Counted from the first letter of the stretch, positions 45,297 to 55,242 are shown. The stretch: DNA of 64,000 nucleotides from a bacterium ADurb.Bin157 (GCA_002070375.1 MWDD01000007.1:12985-76984), one strand, 5' to 3'. Numbers and translations: made by a program. Notes: generated by a model from the sequence alone, not told the origin.

Positions 45297-46226
45297 ATGA
45301 AGCATAAATCTACTTTGGCTTTGGTTTTTTTGTTTGCTTTTGTTTGCGCATCGTCTTTTGCGGCAGAACTACTGTCTCTTGTGCCGCATGATGCAAACTT
45401 AGTCGTTAACCTTGGTTTAAATAAAGTTGTTAACAGACCCGAATTACGATCAGTTCTGGATGCTCTTTTGCCTGCTTACGAGGCATCATTTGATAGTGTT
45501 TTTACTAAAGCCGGAATAAATCCGGTTTATGACATTCACAACGTACTTTTCTTCATAGATAAAGACGATAAATTTGCAGTTTTGGCAGACGGCAGCTTTG
45601 ATGCTATTAAAACTTGCGAACTTGCTCAAACAGACCCCGATATTTCTCGTGCTTTTACTCTGACTGCAATTGGCGGGCTTCCTGCTCTTAAAAGTGAGCT
45701 TGATTCAAATGCAAATGTTGTGTTTGTAGATCAACAAACTTTAGCCTTTGGTGATATGTCGGTTCTTGAAAAAATTGGCGAAATGTCTGCCAACAAAAAT
45801 ATTAAAAGTATACAATCGAACAGAATGTTTACATATATGTTACGAAAGCTTGATACAGATACTCCTCAACTTTGGGGTGCTGCCATGAGCGGCAAAAAAT
45901 GGTTTACAGCCATTAATACTCCAAAAAGCGGGATTGATAACGTGAGAATCACATTTTTTGGTTTAACTTACGATGAAGATTTTATACTTGACTTTACTTC
46001 TCTTGTCGCTCGAAACAGTCAACTCCAAGAGCTCGTAGACAGCCTTAGCGAACTGCTTGGCGGTTTCAAAGCATATGTCGCTTCTGTTGAAGGAATGAGC
46101 AAAATATTAGATAACGCCGTAATTCAAGATAACAGAGAAAACTTAGCCCGAGTTGTAATAAAAATGCCCATAGAAAAATTTACAGCTTCTTTGCTGAGCA
46201 TTGGAGCTTACTTAGATAAGAAATAA
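45297..46226 (+). CDS. secreted hypothetical protein
   Basis: 309 aa with a signal peptide MKHKSTLALVFLFAFVCASSFA. No family recognised. Confidence 0.6.
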   Translation: MKHKSTLALVFLFAFVCASSFAAELLSLVPHDANLVVNLGLNKVVNRPELRSVLDALLPAYEASFDSVFTKAGINPVYDIHNVLFFIDKDDKFAVLADGSFDAIKTCELAQTDPDISRAFTLTAIGGLPALKSELDSNANVVFVDQQTLAFGDMSVLEKIGEMSANKNIKSIQSNRMFTYMLRKLDTDTPQLWGAAMSGKKWFTAINTPKSGIDNVRITFFGLTYDEDFILDFTSLVARNSQLQELVDSLSELLGGFKAYVASVEGMSKILDNAVIQDNRENLARVVIKMPIEKFTASLLSIGAYLDKK

Positions 46227-46447
46227 TGCTCTACTATTACGCTATTCCCTTCGCCCTCACTCTTTTGTTTGCTTTTGCGTATTTGCTCGTGCAGATTATG
46301 CTTGTGCTCTTTGACCTCTTAAACCCCTTCTGGGATTATTGGGACACCATACGCAAAAAGTATTCAATCCTGATAGGCTTTGAGTTTATTTATTTTGCCG
46401 CGATATTGTATTATATCGTCTATTACGAATTGTCCGGCAGTTTCTAA
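46226..46447 (+). CDS. small hydrophobic membrane protein (2 TM)
   Basis: 73 aa, packed tightly between neighbouring genes (start overlaps the upstream stop; its stop abuts the next ATG). Confidence 0.45.
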   Translation: MLYYYAIPFALTLLFAFAYLLVQIMLVLFDLLNPFWDYWDTIRKKYSILIGFEFIYFAAILYYIVYYELSGSF

Positions 46448-48181
46448 ATGGAATCTTTGCAACAAGCATTTGTTTTGTCTGCGGCTTTTGCCTTTGTAAT
46501 GTGTCTTGCGGGTATGTATCTTACCCGCCGCATACTTTTTAAGCTTGGTCGGGGAAGTTACTGCGGTGCCTTCCCCTTTTTCGGCGGATTGTTAGGCAGT
46601 GCTATTGCCTTGAATATATTGCCTCACCCCGATTTTTTACCTGTGTTTTTGGGCTTTTTATCTCTGGCTGTAATTGGCTTTTTGAGAGACTTTGATTCTT
46701 TGTCTTATTCCTCGCTGATCCCATATTCTCTTTTAATCGTATCTTTTACGCTAATAGGCATTCTTCCCCCCGGTTTTGCTTTCGTAGAATTTCTTACCGC
46801 ATTTTTGTGGGTTGCGATGATTATGTTTTGTTTAAAATTATCGGCGCTCGTATACGAAATGCCATTTTTGTTAATAAGTCTCACTTCTTTAAGCTCGTTT
46901 TTGTTTTTTTTGCATAATCCGCCCGCTTCAAGTTTGAGCATGCCAATAATCTCCTCGCTTTGCGTGTGCGGTTTCGGGCTTCTTTTTGCCGGTAAGCTAA
47001 AAGAAAAATCTGCCGATTCCCTAAAACTCCCGAATAAGCGTTTTTTACTCGGTTCTTCCGGTATTTTTTCAGGCGGCTTTTTATTGGGAATCGTCACCGT
47101 ATCGGAACAATCTCCCGGTTTGGTGCTTTTAGGGCTTTGCATACCCTCTGTGGTGATATTCCTTCCCTTTATTATGATAACAGGAATGATTGTGTTCTCA
47201 TATATCGGAAATAAGCTGCATATGCCCGAAAATAACATCGAAAGCCGCGCTTATTCTTGGTCATTAAAGCGCGAAAAAACAGTTTTATTTGCGGGCTTAG
47301 TGTTTTTGTGCCTAAATTTTGCCTGGCTAATTTTATCTCTTAAGACACCTTTAATTGCTTTAGTTATGTTGTTACTTCTTTTGAGTATGACCATTGGCGG
47401 TTTTTTAAATACTTTTATTCGCAAAAAAAAGTCTTGCGAAGTTTTACCGAACCGAATTAATATTATGGGAATAAGCATAGATGCTTTGAGCCCCTCTTTG
47501 GTCGTTGATAAAATCGCTGCCTTTGTTGCCGCCCAAAAATTTGCTCACGTCATTACCGCCGATTCCTTAGCCCTTGTAAGAGCTGATGAAGACAACGCGT
47601 TTAAAGCGGTATTCGAAAAAGCGGAACTTGTGGTTCCCGACGGCGCCGGAATAGTTTGGGCCTCTGACTTTTTGGGGCTTCCCTTGCCGGGAAGAGTTCC
47701 CGGAGTTGCTCTTGTTTCTCAAATATGTGAAAGAGCCGCAAAAGAGAAATACCGAATATTTTTTGTGGGCGGAAAACCCGGTGTTGCAGATAAGGCTGTG
47801 GATGTTTTGAAAGAAAACAATAATATTGATGTCTGCGGCGTGTCTCATGGCTTTTTTAAAAAGAATTCGGCCGATGAAGAAAAAATCATAAGAAAAATTA
47901 TCGAAACTAAGGCTCAAATAGTCTTTGTGGCGCTTGGGGTTCCTCGCCAGGAATGGTTTATAACAAAATTGCGCGAATACAACGCTAATTTAGTTGCAAT
48001 CGGCGTCGGAGGCAGTTTTGACGTTATTTCGAAAGAGTTGCCAAGAGCCCCGATATTTATGCAAAGATTTGCACTTGAATGGTTATTCAGACTCTGCTTA
48101 GAACCTTCAAGATTTTCGCGAATGATTAAAATTCCGCTATTTGTTCTCAAGGTTTTGAGGCAAAAATGGAATAGTGATTAA
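46448..48181 (+). CDS. fusion protein: N-terminal polytopic membrane domain + C-terminal WecB/TagA/CpsF (GT26) glycosyltransferase
   Basis: The C-terminal ~240 aa carry LVVPDGAGIVWAS, FFVGGKPGVADKA, IVFVALGVPRQEWFI, GVGGSFDV and LEWLFRLCLEPSR, the GT26 signature. The N-terminal ~330 aa are very hydrophobic. Confidence 0.8.
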   Translation: MESLQQAFVLSAAFAFVMCLAGMYLTRRILFKLGRGSYCGAFPFFGGLLGSAIALNILPHPDFLPVFLGFLSLAVIGFLRDFDSLSYSSLIPYSLLIVSFTLIGILPPGFAFVEFLTAFLWVAMIMFCLKLSALVYEMPFLLISLTSLSSFLFFLHNPPASSLSMPIISSLCVCGFGLLFAGKLKEKSADSLKLPNKRFLLGSSGIFSGGFLLGIVTVSEQSPGLVLLGLCIPSVVIFLPFIMITGMIVFSYIGNKLHMPENNIESRAYSWSLKREKTVLFAGLVFLCLNFAWLILSLKTPLIALVMLLLLLSMTIGGFLNTFIRKKKSCEVLPNRINIMGISIDALSPSLVVDKIAAFVAAQKFAHVITADSLALVRADEDNAFKAVFEKAELVVPDGAGIVWASDFLGLPLPGRVPGVALVSQICERAAKEKYRIFFVGGKPGVADKAVDVLKENNNIDVCGVSHGFFKKNSADEEKIIRKIIETKAQIVFVALGVPRQEWFITKLREYNANLVAIGVGGSFDVISKELPRAPIFMQRFALEWLFRLCLEPSRFSRMIKIPLFVLKVLRQKWNSD

Positions 48182-48190
48182 GGGTTTTTA

Positions 48191-48970
48191 ATGAAAAATA
48201 TAGTAATATTAGGCCAAATTCAGCACGAATTGCAGCAGCAGCACCTTAAAAATCTTATTAGTGCCGTAAAAGAAGATGTTAAAAGGGATTGCTTGATTTT
48301 TTGCAATTCCGGAGGGTTGTTTTCTTCAGCTCCCGAATTGGAAAACCAAGTGGATAAACTCTTTAATTCGGGAATAGATGTGCTATTTTTGGGTGAACAA
48401 GCTATAACACGCTGCGCAGGAAGAAATATTTTAGAAAAAAATAACTTTAATATAGTTAGGCCCGCTAATTTATCGCCGTTAGCTCCTGGAGCAGGAATAA
48501 AGCGCTTTAAATTAGACGGTTATGAGTTTTGGGCCATAAGCTTAGTTGATCACAGCGGTAAGATTCCGGCAAATCCCGCATACATAGAATTAGATAATTT
48601 TTTTACCAACAAAACCGACGACTTACCCGTATATATTAACGTGAACGGAACCGATATGCGTTATAAAGAAGCCATGACCTGGAAAATAAGCGCTTATAAC
48701 TTTAAAACCCTCGTTTTCGGAAGCGGATTAGGTTATTTGATTGCTTCAGAACCATACTCGAATTCTTGCTCATTTATACCCGACGCGGGAGCTGTAGTAA
48801 CTCAAAAAACAATCGGAGGCATAAAACCCGAATCTTGGTGGCGTAAAAATATTGATAAAATTCCTATTACCGTTTTCCCCGAATGGGGAACTCTAAAATG
48901 TGATTACAGCGTTATTTCTTACGATAATGAAAAATCGCAAAAAATTTTACACAAAACGATAAAAATCTGA
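48191..48970 (+). CDS. YmdB-like (TIGR00282-type metallophosphoesterase fold) protein with metal-ligand motifs apparently lost
   Basis: NIVRPANLSPLAPGAGIKRFKLDGYEFWAISLVDHSG aligns by eye to B. subtilis YmdB NLVRPANFPEGTPGKGITYVKANGKELAVINLQG. The expected D/GNH/GTHTH positions read differently here (see finding). Confidence 0.6.
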   Translation: MKNIVILGQIQHELQQQHLKNLISAVKEDVKRDCLIFCNSGGLFSSAPELENQVDKLFNSGIDVLFLGEQAITRCAGRNILEKNNFNIVRPANLSPLAPGAGIKRFKLDGYEFWAISLVDHSGKIPANPAYIELDNFFTNKTDDLPVYINVNGTDMRYKEAMTWKISAYNFKTLVFGSGLGYLIASEPYSNSCSFIPDAGAVVTQKTIGGIKPESWWRKNIDKIPITVFPEWGTLKCDYSVISYDNEKSQKILHKTIKI

Positions 48971-49020
48971 TAGAATGTGACTGTTTATTATATTGTTTTA
49001 AACATAAGGAGACCACGAAA

Positions 49021-50733
49021 GTGGCAGAAAATCCTATAACAGGCTTTCAGAGCATATTATTTGAGGCTCAGAGGCAAATATTGGCCAATGGTAAAAACAT
49101 TGATGCCATTTTGAGAATATTAGCCCAAACTTCATGTGACCTTTTTGACGTCAAAGGTTTGGCGGTAATTTTCTATGACCAATCTTCGCAAACCACTCGA
49201 ATTCGTTTTAATGACGGTTTTGAAGAACATATATTAAACGAGTATTGCATCTACTTCACCAAAAACAAAGCAGATAAAGCTGTTTTTGAAAGATCTATGC
49301 TCGAACAATGCGGTTCGAACAACTATTTTGTCCCCCTTGGAAAAAAAGAAGAGCCTTTTGGGGCAATACTTTTGAAGCCTATTGATGAGTCTCTTTATCC
49401 AATAGGTGATAGTTTTATAGAATTAGCTGCTACCGCACTCGGAACCTTTTTAGAATTAGAACTTGTTCATCTTAGAATGGAAGAAATGAACGCTTTGCTT
49501 GAAGTTGGCAGAGTTGTCAGTTCAACACTTGACTTAAAAGAGCTGTTGACTAAAATTATGAGCACAGCGACAAAGGTTATGCGTTGCGAAACTTCTACTG
49601 TTTACTTAGTTGACCAAAATTCAAATGAACTTTATTTTCATATTGTAAGCGGTGATTCCAATATCAGCGCTAAACTCCAAGAAATACGACTCCCCATGGG
49701 AACCGGCTTGGCAGGGTGGTGCGCACAGAATAATGCTCCCGTAATTGTGCCTGATACATCTAAAGACCCAAGGTTCTTTAAAGGTGCCGACAAAAAATCA
49801 GGCTTTGTTACGAGGTCGATGCTTTGTGTGCCTATGTGTCACAAAGATACTGTTGTTGGGGTTTTGCAGGTTTTAAACAGAACCGGAGACATTCCTTTTA
49901 ACGATCATGATCTCGAAACTCTTGTGAATGTGGCTAATCAAGCTGTCTCAGCTATTGAAAATGCTAGATTATACGAAAATATACAAAAAATATATCTTTC
50001 AACAATTGAAGTCTTGGCAACGGCAATAGATGCTAAAGACCCCTATACTCAGGGTCATTCTCGCAGAGTTACACAATATTCGGTAGCTATAGCAGAACAA
50101 ATGGGGCTCGCACAAACAGAAGTCGAAAATATCAGATACGCCGGTCTTTTGCACGATGTCGGTAAAATCGGTATAAAAGACAGTATTATACGTAAGCCCG
50201 GACGTTTAACCGATGAAGAATATGCCATAATCAAAATGCACCCGTCAATTGGCGCGAGAATTTTAAGACCTGTTGATTTCTTGGCAGACAAGATTCCGGG
50301 AGTTCTTCACCATCACGAATATTATGACGGGCGCGGATATCCTGACCACCTTATCGGAACAGATATACCGCTTGCCGGTCGTATAATTTGTGTGGCAGAC
50401 GCTTTCGATGCAATGACTACCAATCGCCCATACCGAAAAGGACTTTCTGTAAACACAGTTATTGCCGAACTTAAAAAATTCTCAGGCAAACAATTTGATC
50501 CTGAATGTGTTCAAGCCTTTTTAAATGCTTTCGATGAAAAAATTTCTCAGTATTTTGAACCGACAGATGACGGGGCAGATATGGTTCTTATTGATGATGA
50601 AACCGGTAAAGAAGCCCCTGAAGACGAAATGATAACAGAAGGAACCCCTTCTTCCCAGCCTTACCCTCCTATGGCTCACCCCGACGAAGAGAAAAAAACA
50701 GATTCACAGCCATTTCCTCCTATAAAGTGTTGA
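49021..50733 (+). CDS. GAF-domain HD-GYP c-di-GMP phosphodiesterase
   Basis: GAF regions, then HSRRVTQYS...LLHDVGKIGI...HHHEYYDGRGYP. GTG start. Confidence 0.9.
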   Translation: MAENPITGFQSILFEAQRQILANGKNIDAILRILAQTSCDLFDVKGLAVIFYDQSSQTTRIRFNDGFEEHILNEYCIYFTKNKADKAVFERSMLEQCGSNNYFVPLGKKEEPFGAILLKPIDESLYPIGDSFIELAATALGTFLELELVHLRMEEMNALLEVGRVVSSTLDLKELLTKIMSTATKVMRCETSTVYLVDQNSNELYFHIVSGDSNISAKLQEIRLPMGTGLAGWCAQNNAPVIVPDTSKDPRFFKGADKKSGFVTRSMLCVPMCHKDTVVGVLQVLNRTGDIPFNDHDLETLVNVANQAVSAIENARLYENIQKIYLSTIEVLATAIDAKDPYTQGHSRRVTQYSVAIAEQMGLAQTEVENIRYAGLLHDVGKIGIKDSIIRKPGRLTDEEYAIIKMHPSIGARILRPVDFLADKIPGVLHHHEYYDGRGYPDHLIGTDIPLAGRIICVADAFDAMTTNRPYRKGLSVNTVIAELKKFSGKQFDPECVQAFLNAFDEKISQYFEPTDDGADMVLIDDETGKEAPEDEMITEGTPSSQPYPPMAHPDEEKKTDSQPFPPIKC

Positions 50734-50806
50734 GTTGTTAGGAGTATACTTATAGTATTAAAAGTGTTATGCAGTACATCATATCAAGGAAGCCAACACA
50801 CCATTC

Positions 50807-53131
50807 ATGGAACTTAATGTAAAATATCGTGACTACATATTAGATGATTTTCAAATTCAAGCTATCACCGAAATTGAGAACGGTCATTCACTTGTTTTAT
50901 CAGCGCCTACCGGCTCAGGTAAAACTCTTGTGGCCGAATACCTTATTGAAAAAGTCTTAAAATCGGACAAAAGAATTATTTATACTTCTCCGATTAAAGC
51001 TTTGTCGAATCAAAAATACCGCGATTTTTCGCGCCTTTACGGTGATAAAGTTGGTATTTTGACAGGCGACGTCGTTATAAATCGAGACGCGCAGGCATTG
51101 ATTGTTACGACTGAAGTATACAGAAACATGGCCATGGAAGACCCCGAGGCAATAGCTGATGTTTCTTATGTGATATTCGATGAAATTCACTATTTAGGTG
51201 ATATTGAACGCGGAACCGTCTGGGAAGAATCTATAATTTTTTCTCCAAAAACAGTTCGTTTCCTTGCGTTATCGGCGACCATACCGAACTGTGACGAATT
51301 GGCCGGTTGGATAGAATCTGTGATTGACCACCAAGTTAAGGTTATCAGTCATAACAATCGTGCTGTGCCGCTCTCGTTCTTGTTTCATTATAAAAAACAG
51401 CTCATAACTTTTAAAGAGTTGAAAAAGAAGGTTACAGGTAAGGGCGCTCTTGATGAGGCTTTTGAAGATCACAAAAGAGGAAGAAGGGGCAAAAAAGAAA
51501 CAGAGTTTAGACATTTAGATATAATAAAAAATTTGCGCAACCTTGATCGACTTCCTTTGTTGTATTTTGTCTTTTCTCGTGCATTAGCCGACAAATTCTC
51601 GTATGAAACGTCCCGAAAAATGGACTTTACCACGCCAAAAGATAAGGCAGAAATAGAAGAAATTGTCGATTCCTGCTTAGAAAAATATCAATTACAAAAC
51701 CTCGAAACAGCTCAAAGACTGCGTGAGGAACTTTTAAAAGGCGTGGGCCGCCATCATGCGGGTTTGATGCCTCAACTCAAGGAATTAGTTGAAATTTTAT
51801 TTGCTAAAAAGTTTTTAAAAGTTTTGTTTGTTACCGAGACTTTTGCGGTTGGAATTAATATGCCCGCAAGAAGCGTCGGGTATGATGCTTTAAAAAAATA
51901 TGACGGGCGCAGTTTTCGGCCGATGCAATCGTTAGAGTTTACACAAATATCCGGCAGAGCCGGCAGGCGTGGTATCGATACCACCGGTTGGGTCGTTGTT
52001 CCTCACATTCCGAGCGACTTATCAATTATAGAATTGCAAAACTTAGTCTATGGTGATATCGAACATCTCGAGAGCCGCTTTGACTTATCATTTAACAGTG
52101 TTCTAAACCTATATTCCGGGCATAAAACCGAAGAAGTGCGAACAATTTTGAAACGTAATTTCGCTCAGTTTCAGGCAAATAAAAAATTGCCCGAGTTGAC
52201 TTCCAAAGTTAATAAAATTCGCGCTGAAATAGAAGCTATAATGCCTAGATGCCCCGAAAAAAAGAATGATTTCGAAGACTATATGGTGTTTTATAAAAGA
52301 AAACAACAACAAGAAGACACCATGAACAGGCAGCTGAACAACATCAGATTCGGTATGCGCGGCCGAAATAAAAATAACCACTTTGAAATGGAAGACTTGA
52401 TGAAAAAGTTTTCTAAAAACAGAGAACAGCTTACCGAAAAAGAAAATACTTTTATTTGCGGGAAATGCAAAACAAAGAATAAGTGTATCTCTAAATATCA
52501 GCAAACTGTCAAACTGCAGAAAAAACTCGATTATTGGCGCGAATTGCTTGAAGAACAGGGTGAATTGCAGCTGCCCCTATATGAGCGAAAACTTGAAATA
52601 TTACGTTCGTTAGGCTACATAGATGCGAACGGATTATTGCCAAGAGGCGAGTTTGCAAGCAGAATACACACAGAAGAAATAACAGTGACAGAACTAATGT
52701 TTCACGGATATTTTCACGAGTGCACAGAACACGAGATAAACGCGATCGCCCTTTCCCTTGTTTATGAATACAGAAGACGGGGTGGAGCAGCAAATAACGA
52801 TCAGAGCAGAGTGTTAAGCAAATTGCCCGAAAAGCTTAAAAGCGCAAAAGGGTTCGTGAATAGTTTGGCAAGACAACATTCTTTTGTAAAACCTCTTGAA
52901 AACAAAATTTGCCACTTAATGCTTGCCTGGAGCGCCGGAGCGACTTTTGAAGAGATAATGGATATGACAGATATTCCGGAAGGCGACATTATAAGAGCTT
53001 TCAGACAGGTAATAGACCTGCTTAGACAAATAAGAGACGCAGTAAAAGATATGAGCTTGCGAGATAAGCTTCTGACTTGTTTGGCTTGTATAAACAGAGA
53101 TATTGTATTGGCAACGGAGCTAAGAGATTAA
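50807..53131 (+). CDS. Ski2-like (HelY/Mtr4-type) DExH RNA helicase with C-terminal DSHCT-like domain
   Basis: APTGSGKTLVAEY, FDEIHYLGD, SATIPN and ISGRAGRRG. The C-terminal block IPEGDIIRAFRQVIDLLRQI is DSHCT-like. An internal Cys cluster reads FICGKCKTKNKC. Confidence 0.85.
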   Translation: MELNVKYRDYILDDFQIQAITEIENGHSLVLSAPTGSGKTLVAEYLIEKVLKSDKRIIYTSPIKALSNQKYRDFSRLYGDKVGILTGDVVINRDAQALIVTTEVYRNMAMEDPEAIADVSYVIFDEIHYLGDIERGTVWEESIIFSPKTVRFLALSATIPNCDELAGWIESVIDHQVKVISHNNRAVPLSFLFHYKKQLITFKELKKKVTGKGALDEAFEDHKRGRRGKKETEFRHLDIIKNLRNLDRLPLLYFVFSRALADKFSYETSRKMDFTTPKDKAEIEEIVDSCLEKYQLQNLETAQRLREELLKGVGRHHAGLMPQLKELVEILFAKKFLKVLFVTETFAVGINMPARSVGYDALKKYDGRSFRPMQSLEFTQISGRAGRRGIDTTGWVVVPHIPSDLSIIELQNLVYGDIEHLESRFDLSFNSVLNLYSGHKTEEVRTILKRNFAQFQANKKLPELTSKVNKIRAEIEAIMPRCPEKKNDFEDYMVFYKRKQQQEDTMNRQLNNIRFGMRGRNKNNHFEMEDLMKKFSKNREQLTEKENTFICGKCKTKNKCISKYQQTVKLQKKLDYWRELLEEQGELQLPLYERKLEILRSLGYIDANGLLPRGEFASRIHTEEITVTELMFHGYFHECTEHEINAIALSLVYEYRRRGGAANNDQSRVLSKLPEKLKSAKGFVNSLARQHSFVKPLENKICHLMLAWSAGATFEEIMDMTDIPEGDIIRAFRQVIDLLRQIRDAVKDMSLRDKLLTCLACINRDIVLATELRD

Positions 53132-53132
53132 A

Positions 53133-53591
53133 ATGGGTGGGAAAAAGGTTTTTCGCAGTATTTCACCCGAAGCTACTGTTGAATTTGCTAAGAAGCTTGC
53201 AGCTGAGTATCCTAATGCTTTGGTTTTGTTGCACGGTGATCTTGGTGCCGGCAAAACTTTATTTGCAAAAGGGTTTACCTTTGGATTGGGCATTGATGCA
53301 AATGTTTCGAGTCCAAGTTATACTTTGATGAATGAATACAGGGGCAATTCAACTTCTGTGTATCATTTGGACCTTTATCGTTTAAATTGTTTTGAAGAGG
53401 TCGTTGATATCGGTTTATTCGACATTCTTGAGTCCGGTCACCCCTGTTTAATAGAATGGGCCGAGAGAGTAGAAGAACTTGAAAAACTTGCTCACCTCGC
53501 TGTAAATATTTCGCATTCGGAATACGATCTAACCGAAGAAAGCTTTGAAAGTCGCGAAATAACCTGGGAATGGAAAGAAGCAAAAAAATGA
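53133..53591 (+). CDS. tsaE: tRNA t6A37 biosynthesis ATPase TsaE
   Basis: LHGDLGAGKTLFAKGF (P-loop), SPSYTLMNEY and HLDLYRL. Confidence 0.85.
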   Translation: MGGKKVFRSISPEATVEFAKKLAAEYPNALVLLHGDLGAGKTLFAKGFTFGLGIDANVSSPSYTLMNEYRGNSTSVYHLDLYRLNCFEEVVDIGLFDILESGHPCLIEWAERVEELEKLAHLAVNISHSEYDLTEESFESREITWEWKEAKK

Positions 53592-54241
53592 AATATTTAT
53601 TTATCGATGCCTCTGAAAGCAAAATGACTTATGCGCAAATAGGCGACGATAGTTCTTTTCAGACACAAATATTTGAGACAGACCGTGATTTTGCTTCAAA
53701 AATTACAGCGATATGTGATGAAATGTTCGAATTAGCGGGTTTTACCCCTGAACAAGCAGATGTCATGGCTTTTGGCACAGGGCCCGGAAGTCTCACAGGA
53801 ATACGTGTTGCCGGATCATTTTTCCGAACGTTGGCAATGATAAAATCATGTGAGTTGGTTGGAGTAAATTCTTTCGTCTGGGCTTTAAAAAGCCTTTCAG
53901 AAGCAGGTATAAACGGAAAAGTCAAAGTAGTTGCGCCCACATTGATTGATAAAGCTTTTGAAGTCGAGGCCACGCTGCCCGCGCTGAGTTTTGAGCCGCC
54001 TAAGCTTATAGAGCGAACCGATATCGGTAAAGACGGTCTAAAAACCTACGGTATTAACTTCTCTTATGATGCTATCGAAAAAGTTGAGCTTTCCGGACAA
54101 GCGTTGCATGATCTGATCTTGAACGATAAAAATAATGTCGAGCGTGCAAATGATATGGCCGGAATTCTTAAAATTTTGCCGTTTTATGTTATTCCGTCTC
54201 AGGCTGAACGCAATTTTAAGCAAAATAACAAGGACCGATAA
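53588..54241 (+). CDS. tsaB: tRNA t6A37 biosynthesis protein TsaB
   Basis: MKYLFIDAS...GTGPGSLTGIRVAGSF. An ATGA overlap joins it to the tsaE stop. Confidence 0.8.
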   Translation: MKYLFIDASESKMTYAQIGDDSSFQTQIFETDRDFASKITAICDEMFELAGFTPEQADVMAFGTGPGSLTGIRVAGSFFRTLAMIKSCELVGVNSFVWALKSLSEAGINGKVKVVAPTLIDKAFEVEATLPALSFEPPKLIERTDIGKDGLKTYGINFSYDAIEKVELSGQALHDLILNDKNNVERANDMAGILKILPFYVIPSQAERNFKQNNKDR

Positions 54242-55242
54242 TGATTACTTTAGGTATTGAATCCTCTTGTGACGATACTTCGATTGCTATTATTAAAGAT
54301 GGCATCACAATTCTTACGAGTATGGTTTCATCGCAAATAGAAATTCATAAGCGATTTGGCGGTGTTGTTCCTGAAGTTGCCTCAAGAAAGCATCTTGAAG
54401 CTATTTTGCCTCTGTTGAATGAAGCTTTAAATGCGGCAAGCATCACATTAAACGACATAGATCAAATTGCTGTTACATCAGGCCCCGGGCTGTTAGGACC
54501 ATTGCTTATAGGTCTTACAACAGCAAAAGCTTTAGCTTGGTATTTAAAAAAACCGCTGATTCCCGTTAATCATATAGAGGCACATTTAACAGCGTCATTT
54601 TTGGCAGCATCAAAAAAACCTGAATATCCATTTATAGGTTTAATAGTTTCGGGCGGGCACTCAAATTTAGTTTATGCCACAGGGCCCCGAAAATTTGAAT
54701 GTTTGGCCAGAACATTAGATGACGCACCCGGAGAACTCTTCGATAAAATTGCAAGGCATCTGGGATTAGGTTATCCCGGCGGCCCGGTTATTCAAAAAGA
54801 GGGCGAAAACGGAGACCCGCATAGGTATACTCTGCCTATGCCCATGCGAAAAAAAGGTTATGTTTTTAGCTTTTCAGGTTTAAAAACAGCTGTAATAAGA
54901 ATAACCCAACAAGAGGGCAAAAACTTGAATTGTGCTGATTTATGCGCCGCTTTGCAATATGTTGTGGCAGAAATATTTGCCGAAAAAATTGAAATGGCTC
55001 TAAAAGACAGACCTGCAAAAACTATTGCTATGGCAGGGGGGGTTGCTGCTAACAAGGTTTTGCGCGAACGAATTAAAAAACTTGCGGATAAGCATAGGGT
55101 TGATTTGTTGCTTCCTACAATACATCTTTGCACGGATAATGCGGCAATGATTGCGGCGCACGGCTATTTTTCGGCAAATACAGTTAGCGGAAACCCGCTT
55201 GAGGTTAATGCCGTTGCTAACTGGGAAATGGGCGAAGGTTGA
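54241..55242 (+). CDS. tsaD: tRNA N6-adenosine threonylcarbamoyltransferase TsaD
   Basis: LGIESSCDDTS, VNHIEAHL, SGGHS and LCTDNAAMIA. Confidence 0.95.
   Translation: MITLGIESSCDDTSIAIIKDGITILTSMVSSQIEIHKRFGGVVPEVASRKHLEAILPLLNEALNAASITLNDIDQIAVTSGPGLLGPLLIGLTTAKALAWYLKKPLIPVNHIEAHLTASFLAASKKPEYPFIGLIVSGGHSNLVYATGPRKFECLARTLDDAPGELFDKIARHLGLGYPGGPVIQKEGENGDPHRYTLPMPMRKKGYVFSFSGLKTAVIRITQQEGKNLNCADLCAALQYVVAEIFAEKIEMALKDRPAKTIAMAGGVAANKVLRERIKKLADKHRVDLLLPTIHLCTDNAAMIAAHGYFSANTVSGNPLEVNAVANWEMGEG

Noticed and set aside
46705-47238. 177-aa minus-strand ORF
   Set aside because: It is antisense to the hydrophobic N-terminal domain of the GT26 fusion gene. Its composition is typical of a shadow ORF.
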